Positions 1 to 8,772 of a stretch of 64,000 nt of DNA are shown in pieces. Each line of letters begins with the position of its first letter. The first letter of the stretch is position 1. Position numbers and translations under genes: made by a program. This stretch comes from Opitutia bacterium. Its GTDB lineage: Bacteria; Verrucomicrobiota; Verrucomicrobiia; Opitutales; Seribacteraceae. The notes under the pieces were generated by a model that saw only the letters and a program-made list of their open reading frames with translations, did not search any database and was not told where the DNA came from. Location: positions 1,446 to 65,445 of the forward strand of contig JAYNJW010000008.1 of NCBI GenBank assembly GCA_038110535.1. Reading direction: 5' to 3'.

Positions 1-2404
1 GCTCGCTCAAGGAAAAAAGGTGGCGATTTGCGATCAGTTGGAACCCCCCAAGCCAGGCAAATTGGTCAAAAGGGGCATTACCCGTATTCTTACTCCAGGT
101 ACTGTGTTGGAAGACCGGCAGTTGGAGGCTTCACACAATCATTTTCTGCTCGCCCTCGATCTTGACAAGAAGGGTGCGCGTGCTGCTTGGTTGGATCTTT
201 CCACTGGTAAATTTGCCCTGTCCAGCCAAGTCAATCCCGGGGATTTGTTTTCAGTCCTTCACTCCCTTTCTCCACGGGAGGTACTGATGGCTGAGAGCCT
301 GGGGCATAGGCTGGAAATGATGGAAAATGGAAAGGTCCTGGCTGATGATATCGACCGGGCATTGGGAGATATCACCCGTACGGAGCGACCAGACTTTGAC
401 TTTGATCAACGCTCGGGTGCCCGTGAAGTGATGGAAAGCCTGGGGGTGATGAACTTGGAGGGATTTGGGATTGATTTGGAGCATCCCGGGTTAGGGCCCG
501 CCGGGGCAGTTCTGGTCTATGCCCAGGATGTACTCAAGGGGAAACCGGGCAACCTGAACCGCATCGAGGAATACCGGGCGGGAGCCGCTCTTCTCCTGGA
601 CCCTGCCACACAGAGGAACCTGGAAGTCTTTCGAACCTCTGCCCAGTCCCGTAAGGGATCCCTGCTTGACTGTATGGACCAGACGGTGAGCCCGGCTGGT
701 GCCCGCTTGGTGGAGAGCTTCCTCGCCCGTCCCGAGCGGGACCTTGTGGAGATTGAACGCCGGCAGGCATGTGTGCTGGAATTTTCCAGTTCGCCGAGAG
801 TAGTAGAGGAGGTGCGTGAAATCTTGAGGCGTGGGGCCGATCTCGAAAGAATCCTTGGACGATTGCGCAACCGGGTGGTGAGACCCCGTGAGCTTGGAGG
901 GTTGCGGGCAACAGTGCGCGGATTGCCCGCCATTCGCCAGTCGCTCACCGGTTTGGGAGAGAGCTATCCTGCCATTCAGAAGTTGGCCGAACGGATCGAA
1001 TTGTTTGAAGACCTGACCGATCTGCTCAACCGGGCACTGGAGGAGGAATTGCCCGCGGAGATCAAGCTGGATGTCAAGGGAGAGGGCGGACGGGTGATCC
1101 GGGCTGGATATAATGAGGAATTTGATCAACTGCGCGAACTCGCCGGTGGGGGGAAGCGCTGGATTCTGGAGCTCGAGTCTGCGGAGCGTGAAAAGACGGG
1201 AATCTCCAACCTCAAGGTAAAGTATAACGGGGCATTTGGATATTTCATTGAAGTGACCAAGGCGAACCTGCACCTCGTGCCTGAGCACTATGTCCGCAAG
1301 CAAACCATGACCAATGCCGAACGGTTCTACACCGATGAACTCCGCACCAAGGAGAAGGAAATCCTTAACGCCGAGGAGCAGACCGTGGCCAAGGAGCAGG
1401 AACTGTTTGAGAAGGTGGTAATGCAGGCACTCGAACATGCCGATCAGCTGGCCAAGGTCGCCCGGGTGCTCGCGGAGGTGGATGTTTTTTCCTCCTGGGG
1501 GGCGATCCTTCGTGACCGGGACTATTGCATCCCCCAAGTGTTGGATGGTTCACAGGAGTTATATATTGAGCAGGGACGTCATCCGGTGGTGGAAATGGTG
1601 CTCAAGCAGGAGAGTCTAGGACTCGCAGGGACTCATGCCTTCGTTCCCAATGATACCAGCTTGTCTTCCTCCGAGGAACAACTCTGCCTGATCACAGGGC
1701 CGAACATGGCTGGTAAATCGACCTATATCAGGCAGGTCGCTCTGATCACCCTGATGGCTCAGGTAGGGTCGGGTGTGCCCGCCAAGTCCTGCAGGCTGGG
1801 GTTGGTGGACCGTATCTTTTCCCGGGTGGGGGCGGGGGATGAATTGGCCCGGGGAAATTCCACCTTCATGGTGGAAATGAATGAGACCGCAAACATTCTC
1901 AACAACTGCACCACGAACAGCCTGATTGTGCTAGATGAGATTGGCCGGGGGACCAGCACCTATGATGGGTTGAGTATTGCCTGGGCGGTGGTGGAACATT
2001 TGCACGGAAAAGGAGGGGAGGGGCCCAAAACCTTGTTTGCCACCCATTACCACGAACTTACCCGGCTGGCAGAGAATCTTCCCCGCCTCAAGAACTATTC
2101 GGTCGCGGTAAAGGAATGGAATGATGAAATCATCTTTGTCCGCCAGGTTACCCCAGGGGCATCGGAACGTTCCTTTGGTATACAGGTTGCCAGACTGGCA
2201 GGACTGCCCGATGGGGTGGTGGAGCGGGCCAAGCAAATCCTTGGCAGCTTGGAGGAAACGGATGCCGTCCATTCTCCAACCTCAGAAAATGAGGAATTTA
2301 GTGAATCAGCAGAAGTACCCCAGTCTCCTGTTTTGGAGGAACCAGCAAGAAAGCCTAAGCGGATTGCCCCCCGGGTGGACCCATCCCAACTGGAATTGTT
2401 TTGA
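1..2404 (+). CDS. mutS: DNA mismatch repair protein MutS (5' end cut by window edge)
   Basis: The frame is open from base 2 (LAQGKKVAICDQLE...). Walker A GPNMAGKST, MutS signature STFMVEMNETA and LDEIGRGTSTYDG, and a C-terminal clamp-binding-type QLELF. Confidence 0.97.
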   Translation, partial: LAQGKKVAICDQLEPPKPGKLVKRGITRILTPGTVLEDRQLEASHNHFLLALDLDKKGARAAWLDLSTGKFALSSQVNPGDLFSVLHSLSPREVLMAESLGHRLEMMENGKVLADDIDRALGDITRTERPDFDFDQRSGAREVMESLGVMNLEGFGIDLEHPGLGPAGAVLVYAQDVLKGKPGNLNRIEEYRAGAALLLDPATQRNLEVFRTSAQSRKGSLLDCMDQTVSPAGARLVESFLARPERDLVEIERRQACVLEFSSSPRVVEEVREILRRGADLERILGRLRNRVVRPRELGGLRATVRGLPAIRQSLTGLGESYPAIQKLAERIELFEDLTDLLNRALEEELPAEIKLDVKGEGGRVIRAGYNEEFDQLRELAGGGKRWILELESAEREKTGISNLKVKYNGAFGYFIEVTKANLHLVPEHYVRKQTMTNAERFYTDELRTKEKEILNAEEQTVAKEQELFEKVVMQALEHADQLAKVARVLAEVDVFSSWGAILRDRDYCIPQVLDGSQELYIEQGRHPVVEMVLKQESLGLAGTHAFVPNDTSLSSSEEQLCLITGPNMAGKSTYIRQVALITLMAQVGSGVPAKSCRLGLVDRIFSRVGAGDELARGNSTFMVEMNETANILNNCTTNSLIVLDEIGRGTSTYDGLSIAWAVVEHLHGKGGEGPKTLFATHYHELTRLAENLPRLKNYSVAVKEWNDEIIFVRQVTPGASERSFGIQVARLAGLPDGVVERAKQILGSLEETDAVHSPTSENEEFSESAEVPQSPVLEEPARKPKRIAPRVDPSQLELF

Positions 2405-3186
2405 ACGAATCCCTCTATTTTGAGGAGTACGGCCAGTCTGGTTATCCCGTCCTTATTTTCTTACACGGTCTGCTTGGATCTTCCCGAAATTGGAGATCGG
2501 TGGCCAAAGCACTTTCGAAGGAATATAAGATTTATGCCTTGGATTTACCGGAGCATGGAAATTCTCCTCATTCAAGCTCCACCAACCTCAGAGAAATGAG
2601 CCAAAGGGTTGGCGAGTGGATTTGTAGTAATGTAGAGGGAGACTACATATTGTGCGGGCATAGCCTCGGCGGTAAAGTTGCGATGGGTAATGCCTGCCAA
2701 GAACCGCAGAGAATGAAAGGACTGGTGGTCGTCGATATTGCCCCAAGGGATTATCCTCCTGAACACCATTTGCCCATCCTGAATGCCTTGCTAAACCTTG
2801 ATTTTACTTCCTTAAAATCGAGAAAAGAAGCAGACGAAAAACTAAGTGGGAGTATACCAAACTGGGCATTCAGGCAATTTCTACTAACGAACCTTGTTGA
2901 GGTGGGTGGTACTTGGAAATGGCGGGCCAATCTGCCGGTCTTGCATGCATCCATGCCTCAGCTTTCGCGTAATCCTCTAGCTTCTGAAGATTCATACGAA
3001 GGACCAACCTTATTTATTCGTGGAGGGAAGTCCGGATATTTGAGGAGCGAACATTTTCCATTGGTAAAGGAGGCTTTTTCTAATGCAGAAATTGTGACGC
3101 TAGCGGAAGCAGGGCACGATGTACATGTGGAGGACAAGGATGGTTTTCTTAAATATCTGAAGGAATTTCTTCAGAATATATTTTGA
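2401..3186 (+). CDS. alpha/beta-fold hydrolase (esterase YbfF-like)
   Basis: 261 aa. FLHGLLGS oxyanion region, nucleophile elbow GHSLGG, late GHDVH catalytic His. The TTG start overlaps the mutS stop (TTGA). Confidence 0.85.
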   Translation: MNESLYFEEYGQSGYPVLIFLHGLLGSSRNWRSVAKALSKEYKIYALDLPEHGNSPHSSSTNLREMSQRVGEWICSNVEGDYILCGHSLGGKVAMGNACQEPQRMKGLVVVDIAPRDYPPEHHLPILNALLNLDFTSLKSRKEADEKLSGSIPNWAFRQFLLTNLVEVGGTWKWRANLPVLHASMPQLSRNPLASEDSYEGPTLFIRGGKSGYLRSEHFPLVKEAFSNAEIVTLAEAGHDVHVEDKDGFLKYLKEFLQNIF

Positions 3187-3230
3187 TCTTTAGCAACTCC
3201 AACCGTCTAACCTCAGGTTATTTAAATCCA

Positions 3231-3266
3231 AAAAAAAGACTCATGGTTGCCCATGAGCCTTTTTAA
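3231..3266. terminator. bidirectional intrinsic terminator between the hydrolase (+) and hup (-)
   Basis: An A8 run, then stem gaCTCATGG / CCATGAGcc (loop ttgc), then a T5 run. This gives a U-tract on both strands between convergent genes. Confidence 0.75.
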
Positions 3267-3288
3267 AAGGGGTATATTGATCAGATAA

Positions 3289-3561
3289 TCAGATCGCAGC
3301 TTTGAGCTTTGCTCCAGCCTTGAACTTCACACTCTTGGACGCCTTGATCTTGATTTTTTCGCCAGTTTGGGGATTGATTCCCTTACGGGCTGCACGCTTG
3401 ACCACGGAAAAGGTGCCGAAACCGATGATTTGAACGGATTCTTTCTTTACAGCCTTGGTGATTGCATTGAGTACTGCATTAAGAGCAGCGTCTGCAGCGG
3501 CTTTGGAAGTATCCTTGCCCAAGTTTTTTTGTACGGCTTCTACGAGTTGACCTTTATTCAT
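3289..3561 (-). CDS. hup: HU family DNA-binding protein
   Basis: 90 aa. [10 protein letters not shown]..., [26 protein letters not shown] arm motif typical of HU/IHF. Confidence 0.96.
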   Translation of the reverse strand: MNKGQLVEAVQKNLGKDTSKAAADAALNAVLNAITKAVKKESVQIIGFGTFSVVKRAARKGINPQTGEKIKIKASKSVKFKAGAKLKAAI

Positions 3562-3685
3562 ATTGATTTCCTTTTGTTTATAAGGGTTATTTACTAGGTT
3601 TGTAAGCTTCTAGCTCGGCATTTTCCTGCGTTCGGTCAAACATTTTTTCGCAAAAACCCCATTTTTCTGCGGATTTCGGCCGATT

Positions 3686-3913
3686 TTAGGAAAAATTCGG
3701 CTTATCTTTGGGCTTCAGCTCTCCTTTGGCACCACAGGAAACAGTCTGTAAAAGTTTTCCAAGTTCTTCCAAAAAGGAAGATTTATTCTGCTTTTCCAAT
3801 TGGATTGCCCGCTTGACTAATTGCTGAGCCATTATCCGGGCTTGTGCCTTCGAAGAGCCGAGGTTTTCCATAGCCTGACCAACTTGTTCGATCGCTTGTT
3901 GGTGTTCCTTCAT
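3686..3913 (-). CDS. small helical hypothetical protein
   Basis: 75-aa ORF. Its ATG overlaps the stop of the upstream ygfZ-like gene (ATGA), suggesting translational coupling. No recognisable motif. Confidence 0.5.
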   Translation of the reverse strand: MKEHQQAIEQVGQAMENLGSSKAQARIMAQQLVKRAIQLEKQNKSSFLEELGKLLQTVSCGAKGELKPKDKPNFS

Positions 3914-4818
3914 CAGATGAGTGGATGGATGGATTGTCCGGTTGCCTCAATCAGCACCCCTTGGTTTTGCAATGTATGTACCGCATTTTCATGAAGGACT
4001 GCAGCTCCGATCCATTGTTTCTGGTCAGGCAAAACGAACTGACTTTTCAGGCTGCCCACCTTTTTACCATTAGCGAACAAGGCAGTTGGAAGATTCCCCG
4101 TTACGGAACCCCGACCCGTGATCGCGAAAGCCTGCTTTCTGACATTGCCCATAGCATGAATACGGGCCATGACCTCCTGCCCCAGATAACACCCTTTATT
4201 GAAATCAACGAAGGACTTGTGCAAACCTCCCTCCTGGGGAAATTCATCCTCTCCGATTTCCCGTCCGGGCAGAAATAATTCTTGTTGCAGTCGCAATCGT
4301 TGGAGTTCGCTCGGGTGAGGGGATGGAAAAGCAGAAGCCCATGGGGTCGTGCAGTTCTGGGGTAACACAATGGAAAGAGCGGAGGGGGGCACCAGTGGGC
4401 CAAGGTATGCCCATCCATCCTCAAAGGCATGAGCATGGCCTGGAGGGACTGAGGCGATACCTATTGCTTGGCACGCTTTCTCCACCGAGTCCGGGTGGTA
4501 GATGACCATTTCTTTCCAGTCTTCGGTGACGGTTGCAAACTCCACTTCATCCGCGACCACATTTTGTTCGAGCAAATTAATCACAGTTTGCGAAGGTGCA
4601 TCTTTGCAAAACAATAAAAATTCATCTTCGTTGAGGCAGATAATTTGAGCACCAAACAAGACCTTGCCTTTCAGGCTTAAACGAAGACCCATGCGGGTCC
4701 TGCCCGCAGGAAGTTTATGCAAGTCTATGGTTAACTGGCTTTGTAAATAGGGCAGGGCATCTTCCCCTGATACTCGTACCAGACCAGAGATAGGAGATTC
4801 AAAGAGTTGAATGGACAT
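3913..4818 (-). CDS. ygfZ: folate-binding YgfZ/GcvT-like protein
   Basis: 301 aa with the signature KGCYLGQEVMARI near the C-terminus, the K-G-C-Y-x-G-Q-E motif of the YgfZ family. Confidence 0.8.
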   Translation of the reverse strand: MSIQLFESPISGLVRVSGEDALPYLQSQLTIDLHKLPAGRTRMGLRLSLKGKVLFGAQIICLNEDEFLLFCKDAPSQTVINLLEQNVVADEVEFATVTEDWKEMVIYHPDSVEKACQAIGIASVPPGHAHAFEDGWAYLGPLVPPSALSIVLPQNCTTPWASAFPSPHPSELQRLRLQQELFLPGREIGEDEFPQEGGLHKSFVDFNKGCYLGQEVMARIHAMGNVRKQAFAITGRGSVTGNLPTALFANGKKVGSLKSQFVLPDQKQWIGAAVLHENAVHTLQNQGVLIEATGQSIHPLI

Positions 4819-4835
4819 GCTACCTTGCTAAAAGT

Positions 4836-5936
4836 TTGTCTTGTTCATGCAAGCTTAGGTTCTATGGTATATGGGCTGTGCAACAAGTAACCAATCTCAG
4901 AATAACGGACTCCGTCCCTTTGCCTTCGCCCGTGGAAATGGTCGATGCGATTCCCCGATCCAGTAAGCAACTGGATGTGGTGTCTCAATCCCGGCAAGCA
5001 CTCCACCAAATTATTCATGGTCAGGACCGCCGTTTAATTGGTGTGGTCGGTCCGTGTTCCATTCACGATTTAAAGGCTTGCCGAGAATATGCGGAAAAAT
5101 TTGCCAGACTTTCCCAAGAGCTTGAAGAACGTCTCTTATTGTTGATGCGGGTGTATTTTGAAAAACCACGCACCACCGTTGGCTGGAAGGGCCTGATTAT
5201 GGATCCGCAATTGAATGGCACCTGCGATATTCCATCGGGTTTGCGCATGGCCCGGACCTTTCTTGGAGAAGTGCTGGACCTTGGTATTCCCACTGCGACG
5301 GAACTGCTCGATCCGATTACCCCTCAATACCTGGCTGACTCGCTTTGTTGGGCCGCCATAGGTGCCCGTACATCTGAATCGCAAACCCATAGGCAAATGG
5401 CATCGGGTTTGTCCATGCCAGTAGGTTTTAAGAATGCGACCAGTGGCGATTTGAAAGCCGCGGTGAACGGTATTATTGCGGCCACCCAAAGTCAGACCTT
5501 TCTTGGCATCACCGAAGATGGTCGAGCCTCTGCAGTAACTACCGGTGGAAATCCCGATTGTCAGATCATTCTTCGCGGTGGAACTGCTGGGCCAAATTTT
5601 ACCTCAGAATATGTTCAGCAGGCAGAGAAGTATCTCAGCCCACTGGAAGCTCCCTGTTCGCTGATGATCGATTGTAGCCATGCAAATAGCGGGAAAGATC
5701 CATCGCAGCAGCCTGAGGTTCTGGATGCTGTGCTTGCCCAGGTAGCGGGAGGGGCGGAGGTAGTGCATGCATTTATGCTGGAAAGTCATTTGCATGCGGG
5801 CAGCCAGTCTTTTCCCCGTCCTTTAAATGACTTGGCCTATGGGGTTTCCATCACCGATGGATGCATCGATTGGCAAACGACCGAAGCTTGCCTCCGCCGT
5901 GCTGCTGAGGTAGTAGACAAGGCTCGTTTTTCTTAG
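4836..5936 (+). CDS. aroG: 3-deoxy-7-phosphoheptulonate (DAHP) synthase, class I
   Basis: [36 protein letters not shown] motifs. The true start may be GTG at 4878 rather than TTG at 4836. Confidence 0.93.
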   Translation: MSCSCKLRFYGIWAVQQVTNLRITDSVPLPSPVEMVDAIPRSSKQLDVVSQSRQALHQIIHGQDRRLIGVVGPCSIHDLKACREYAEKFARLSQELEERLLLLMRVYFEKPRTTVGWKGLIMDPQLNGTCDIPSGLRMARTFLGEVLDLGIPTATELLDPITPQYLADSLCWAAIGARTSESQTHRQMASGLSMPVGFKNATSGDLKAAVNGIIAATQSQTFLGITEDGRASAVTTGGNPDCQIILRGGTAGPNFTSEYVQQAEKYLSPLEAPCSLMIDCSHANSGKDPSQQPEVLDAVLAQVAGGAEVVHAFMLESHLHAGSQSFPRPLNDLAYGVSITDGCIDWQTTEACLRRAAEVVDKARFS

Positions 5937-5974
5937 CTACGAACCAATTTTATAAATCTAACATTAATCTAATA

Positions 5975-6967
5975 ATGAACGACAAAACCCCCATTCGTGT
6001 GGCCGTGACCGGTGCTGCTGGTCAAATTGGCTACTCTCTTCTTTTCCGTATCGCCTCCGGCGGCTTATTCGGCCCCGATCAACCGGTTGCTCTCAACCTG
6101 ATTGAGATTGAGCCAGGCATGAAGGCTCTCGAGGGTGTCTGTATGGAGTTGGACGACTGTGCGTTTCCCTTGCTCAAGGATATTCGCCCGACCTGTGATC
6201 TTGATGCTGGTTTTGATAGTGCTAACTGGGCCTTGCTTGTTGGAAGTGTACCCCGAAAAGCGGGGATGGAACGGGGTGATCTTCTTGGAATTAACGGAAA
6301 GATTTTTACCGGACAGGGTCAAGCCATTGCCAAGAATGCCGCTTCCGATGTGCGGGTGCTGGTGGTGGGTAATCCATGCAACACCAATTGTTTAATCGCG
6401 ATGAACAATGCACCAGATGTTCCCCGTGACCGTTGGTTTGCCATGACCCGACTGGACGAGAACCGGGCAGCAGCCCAGCTCGCGGCCAAGGCAGGCAAAC
6501 AGGTTTCTGAAGTCTCCAATGTTACCATTTGGGGTAATCACTCCGCCACCCAGTATCCTGATTATTACAATGCAAAAATTGGTGGTGTTTCAGCCCCTGA
6601 AGTCATCTCTGATGACACCTGGGCACATGCAGACTTTATTCCAACCGTGCAGCAACGCGGTGCTGCAATCATTCAGGCACGGGGTGCATCTTCGGCTGCT
6701 TCTGCTGCCAATGCGGCGATCGATACCGTCAAATCTCTTACCACTCCAACTCCGGAGGGAGATTGGAACAGCGTGTGTGTGGCGTCTGACGGCAGCTATG
6801 GAACCAAGGAAGGTTTGATTACTTCTTTCCCCATCCGTTCAGACGGTCAGAACTGGGAAATAGTACAGGATTTACCTATCAATGAATTTGCCAGGGAAAA
6901 GATTGATGCCTCGGTTAATGAACTTGCCGAAGAGCGTGAATTGGTAAGCGATCTCTTGCCTAGCTGA
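5975..6967 (+). CDS. mdh: malate dehydrogenase (LDH-like type 2)
   Basis: [24 protein letters not shown] Rossmann N-terminus, VGNPCNTN and WGNHS motifs. 330 aa. Confidence 0.95.
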   Translation: MNDKTPIRVAVTGAAGQIGYSLLFRIASGGLFGPDQPVALNLIEIEPGMKALEGVCMELDDCAFPLLKDIRPTCDLDAGFDSANWALLVGSVPRKAGMERGDLLGINGKIFTGQGQAIAKNAASDVRVLVVGNPCNTNCLIAMNNAPDVPRDRWFAMTRLDENRAAAQLAAKAGKQVSEVSNVTIWGNHSATQYPDYYNAKIGGVSAPEVISDDTWAHADFIPTVQQRGAAIIQARGASSAASAANAAIDTVKSLTTPTPEGDWNSVCVASDGSYGTKEGLITSFPIRSDGQNWEIVQDLPINEFAREKIDASVNELAEERELVSDLLPS

Positions 6968-7045
6968 TTTCAATTTAACGAACATACTAAATTGGCTAGA
7001 CCTTGAGGCTTAAATTAGTATATATAAATAAATATACAAAATAAT

Positions 7046-7074
7046 TTGAAGTTATCATTTATATAAGGTATAAT
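7046..7074 (+). promoter_or_regulatory. possible sigma70-type promoter (TTGAAG-17 nt-TATAAT) just upstream of the ATG at 7080
   Basis: TTGAAG at 7046-7051 and TATAAT at 7069-7074 with a 17-nt spacer, in a very AT-rich intergenic region. The -10 ends 5 nt before the ATG, so the mRNA would be leaderless or nearly so. An AAGG at 7065-7068 could instead be a Shine-Dalgarno. Confidence 0.3.
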
Positions 7075-7079
7075 TATGG

Positions 7080-7556
7080 ATGAAAAAATATAATAATACC
7101 TTTGATCTGACAGATTCCTTTCTCCGCGTTTTCGGAATTATTGGCTTTTTTGCGGCTGTATTTTTCGGATTTGTGGTTGCCGGGGGAAATGTCATCACCC
7201 TTGTCCATCCAGCCGAAATGATCATCGTAGTAGGCACTATATTTTTTGGACTTTTGTGCACCCATCGCTCAAAATTTCTAGCCTACCTGCCGAAGGCATT
7301 ACTTGCCCTTATCCGAAAACCGGTTCCCAATCGCGAGTATTGCCAAATATCCGATAATGCCAGGGGCTATGCCGCAGCAGGAGGTGGCATGGCCGTCATT
7401 CTCAGTCTTATATGTACGATGAGCAACCTAGATAACCCCGAGTCAGTGGGCTTGCGGGTAGCTGCAGCTATGGGTGGAGTCTTCCTGGCGATGCTTCTTT
7501 CTCAAGGACTTTTTGTCTATTTACGATACAGCTTTTCCGAAAATGCTAACAACTAG
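7080..7556 (+). CDS. minimal MotA/PomA-like 4-TM ion-channel family protein
   Basis: 158 aa. GGNVITLVHPAEMIIVVG...LPKALLALIRK resembles the MotA N-terminus (GGSLGALYQPAELVIIAG...LKALPLLFRR, from memory). MSNLDNPESVGLRVAAAMGGVFLAMLLSQGLF resembles PomA LSNMDDPKAIGPAMAVALLTTLYG. The TM2-TM3 loop is only about 38 aa and there is no C-terminal tail. Confidence 0.65.
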   Translation: MKKYNNTFDLTDSFLRVFGIIGFFAAVFFGFVVAGGNVITLVHPAEMIIVVGTIFFGLLCTHRSKFLAYLPKALLALIRKPVPNREYCQISDNARGYAAAGGGMAVILSLICTMSNLDNPESVGLRVAAAMGGVFLAMLLSQGLFVYLRYSFSENANN

Positions 7557-7568
7557 GGATTCAGTCTA

Positions 7569-7829
7569 ATGCACTTAATAAGTCTTGTCTGGTTTCTTCT
7601 ATTCTGCCCATTCCTTTTTATCTTTCTTCTCAGGTTGGGGAATTGCGTTGGTTATGACGCTTGTCCGTTTTGCGATGCAAAAAGGAAGCGGGAAGATATG
7701 AAATGTAAAAAATGTGGATTTGAATTTATGGAAAAGTCAACAGGACCATTTCCCTGGATTTTGGCAGGAGGGGCTCTTCTTTGTATTCTCTCCCTCGTCA
7801 TTTGGATTGAGAGTCAGCAGTATCTTTGA
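7569..7829 (+). CDS. small membrane protein, TM / CxxC-x10-CxxC zinc ribbon / TM
   Basis: 86 aa. A hydrophobic N-terminal helix, CPFCDAKRKREDMKCKKCGFEF, then a second helix (WILAGGALLCILSLVIWI). It starts 12 nt after the MotA-like gene. Confidence 0.6.
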   Translation: MHLISLVWFLLFCPFLFIFLLRLGNCVGYDACPFCDAKRKREDMKCKKCGFEFMEKSTGPFPWILAGGALLCILSLVIWIESQQYL

Positions 7830-7842
7830 TCTGAGAGTGGGC

Positions 7843-8349
7843 TTACTTCTCTAAGCGATGTTCGTACATACGGACATCGTGATACTTGCCAAATTTGTAA
7901 CCACCCTCGTGGAGAAGCCCGGCTACCTGAAATCCCATTTTTTCATGAAGGTTTTCGGAACCTGGGTTGGGTAAAACCACGAGACCGTATATCCGATGAA
8001 CTTCCTCGGTGTTCCTTAGGTTGTCTATTAATTCTGCATACAGTTTCTCTCCAATTCCTTTTCCGGTATGCTCGGGGTTTAGATAGATGCTGCTCATTAC
8101 GGAGGGAGCATAAGCAGGCCTTTGGTGAAAGCGTAGGCTGGCGGCATATCCGATGACTTTTTCTGCCTCTTCTGCCACAAACAACTGATAACGTCCCTTC
8201 TCGGAAAACTGGGTAAACCAAGTCTTTCGGTTTTCCAAAGATAATTCCACCATTTCGAAAGTCACCACAGTGTTAAGAATGTAGTGATTGAGAATATCCC
8301 TCAGGGCGGGCAAATCGGACTCTCGTCCTCTACGGATCAATGCATCCAT
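7843..8349 (-). CDS. GNAT family N-acetyltransferase (phosphinothricin/MSO acetyltransferase-like)
   Basis: 168 aa. The acetyl-CoA binding motif HTGKGIGEKLY and overall layout are typical of the PAT/YwnH group. Confidence 0.85.
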   Translation of the reverse strand: MDALIRRGRESDLPALRDILNHYILNTVVTFEMVELSLENRKTWFTQFSEKGRYQLFVAEEAEKVIGYAASLRFHQRPAYAPSVMSSIYLNPEHTGKGIGEKLYAELIDNLRNTEEVHRIYGLVVLPNPGSENLHEKMGFQVAGLLHEGGYKFGKYHDVRMYEHRLEK

Positions 8350-8375
8350 ATAAAGTGTTAAGCAGTTTTCAAAGG

Positions 8376-8462
8376 TGGTACCCGGAGAGGGGGTCGAACC
8401 CTCACTCCCTCGCGGGAACTGGATTTTGAATCCAGCGCGTCTACCAATTCCGCCATCCGGGC
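8376..8462 (-). tRNA. tRNA-Leu (anticodon CAA), CCA encoded
   Basis: The reverse complement reads GCCCGGATGGCGGAATTGGTAGACGCGCTGGATTCAAAATCCAGTTCCCGCGAGGGAGTGAGGGTTCGACCCCCTCTCCGGGTACCA. It has a 7-bp acceptor stem, anticodon stem CTGGA/TCCAG with loop TTCAAAA, a long variable arm and a GGTTCGA T-loop. Confidence 0.95.
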
Positions 8463-8772
8463 ATCCAGAGAATAGTGACTTATTGGCGATTTCTCGAAGT
8501 TTTGCAACCTTGTAGTTTTAGGCTCTTTAGGGCTAAATTTTTCTAATAATTGCCAAAAGAGGTATCTTTTGAGTCCGTTTTGCTAATAAAAAATAACAAA
8601 ACTTTTCCCAATACAATTTCTTGCTATAAGTAATCTCACCCAAAAGGGTTACCCCAACGCTTTTCTTGACTCTCCCCAAAGCCCTGTACAGGTTGAACTA
8701 TTATAATACCAAAATATATGCAACTAGCCAGACTCTAAGTTCCACTTTGCAGATCAATTTGACACATCTACC

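Noticed and set aside
491-1537. Long antisense ORFs (348 aa and several of 60-140 aa) inside mutS, with similar shadow ORFs opposite most large genes in the track.
   Set aside because: The sense-strand genes carry unambiguous family motifs. The antisense products are low-complexity (Pro/Gly/Arg/Leu-rich) with no motifs, which is typical of frame shadows in moderately GC-rich coding DNA.
6968-7045. An AT-rich imperfect inverted repeat after mdh (ATACTAAATT...TAAATTAGTAT) as a terminator.
   Set aside because: The stem is almost pure A/T with a mismatch, the loop is long (about 17 nt) and there is no clear U-tract. This is too weak to call.
8463-8772. The largest intergenic region (310 bp), checked for CRISPR repeats, a second tRNA, riboswitch-like structure or an att-type repeat of the tRNA-Leu 3' end.
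   Set aside because: No direct repeats, no cloverleaf and no convincing conserved structure were visible. It is probably just the promoter/5' UTR region of the NHL-protein gene. A TTGACT and a TATAAT are present but 30 nt apart, so I do not call a promoter.
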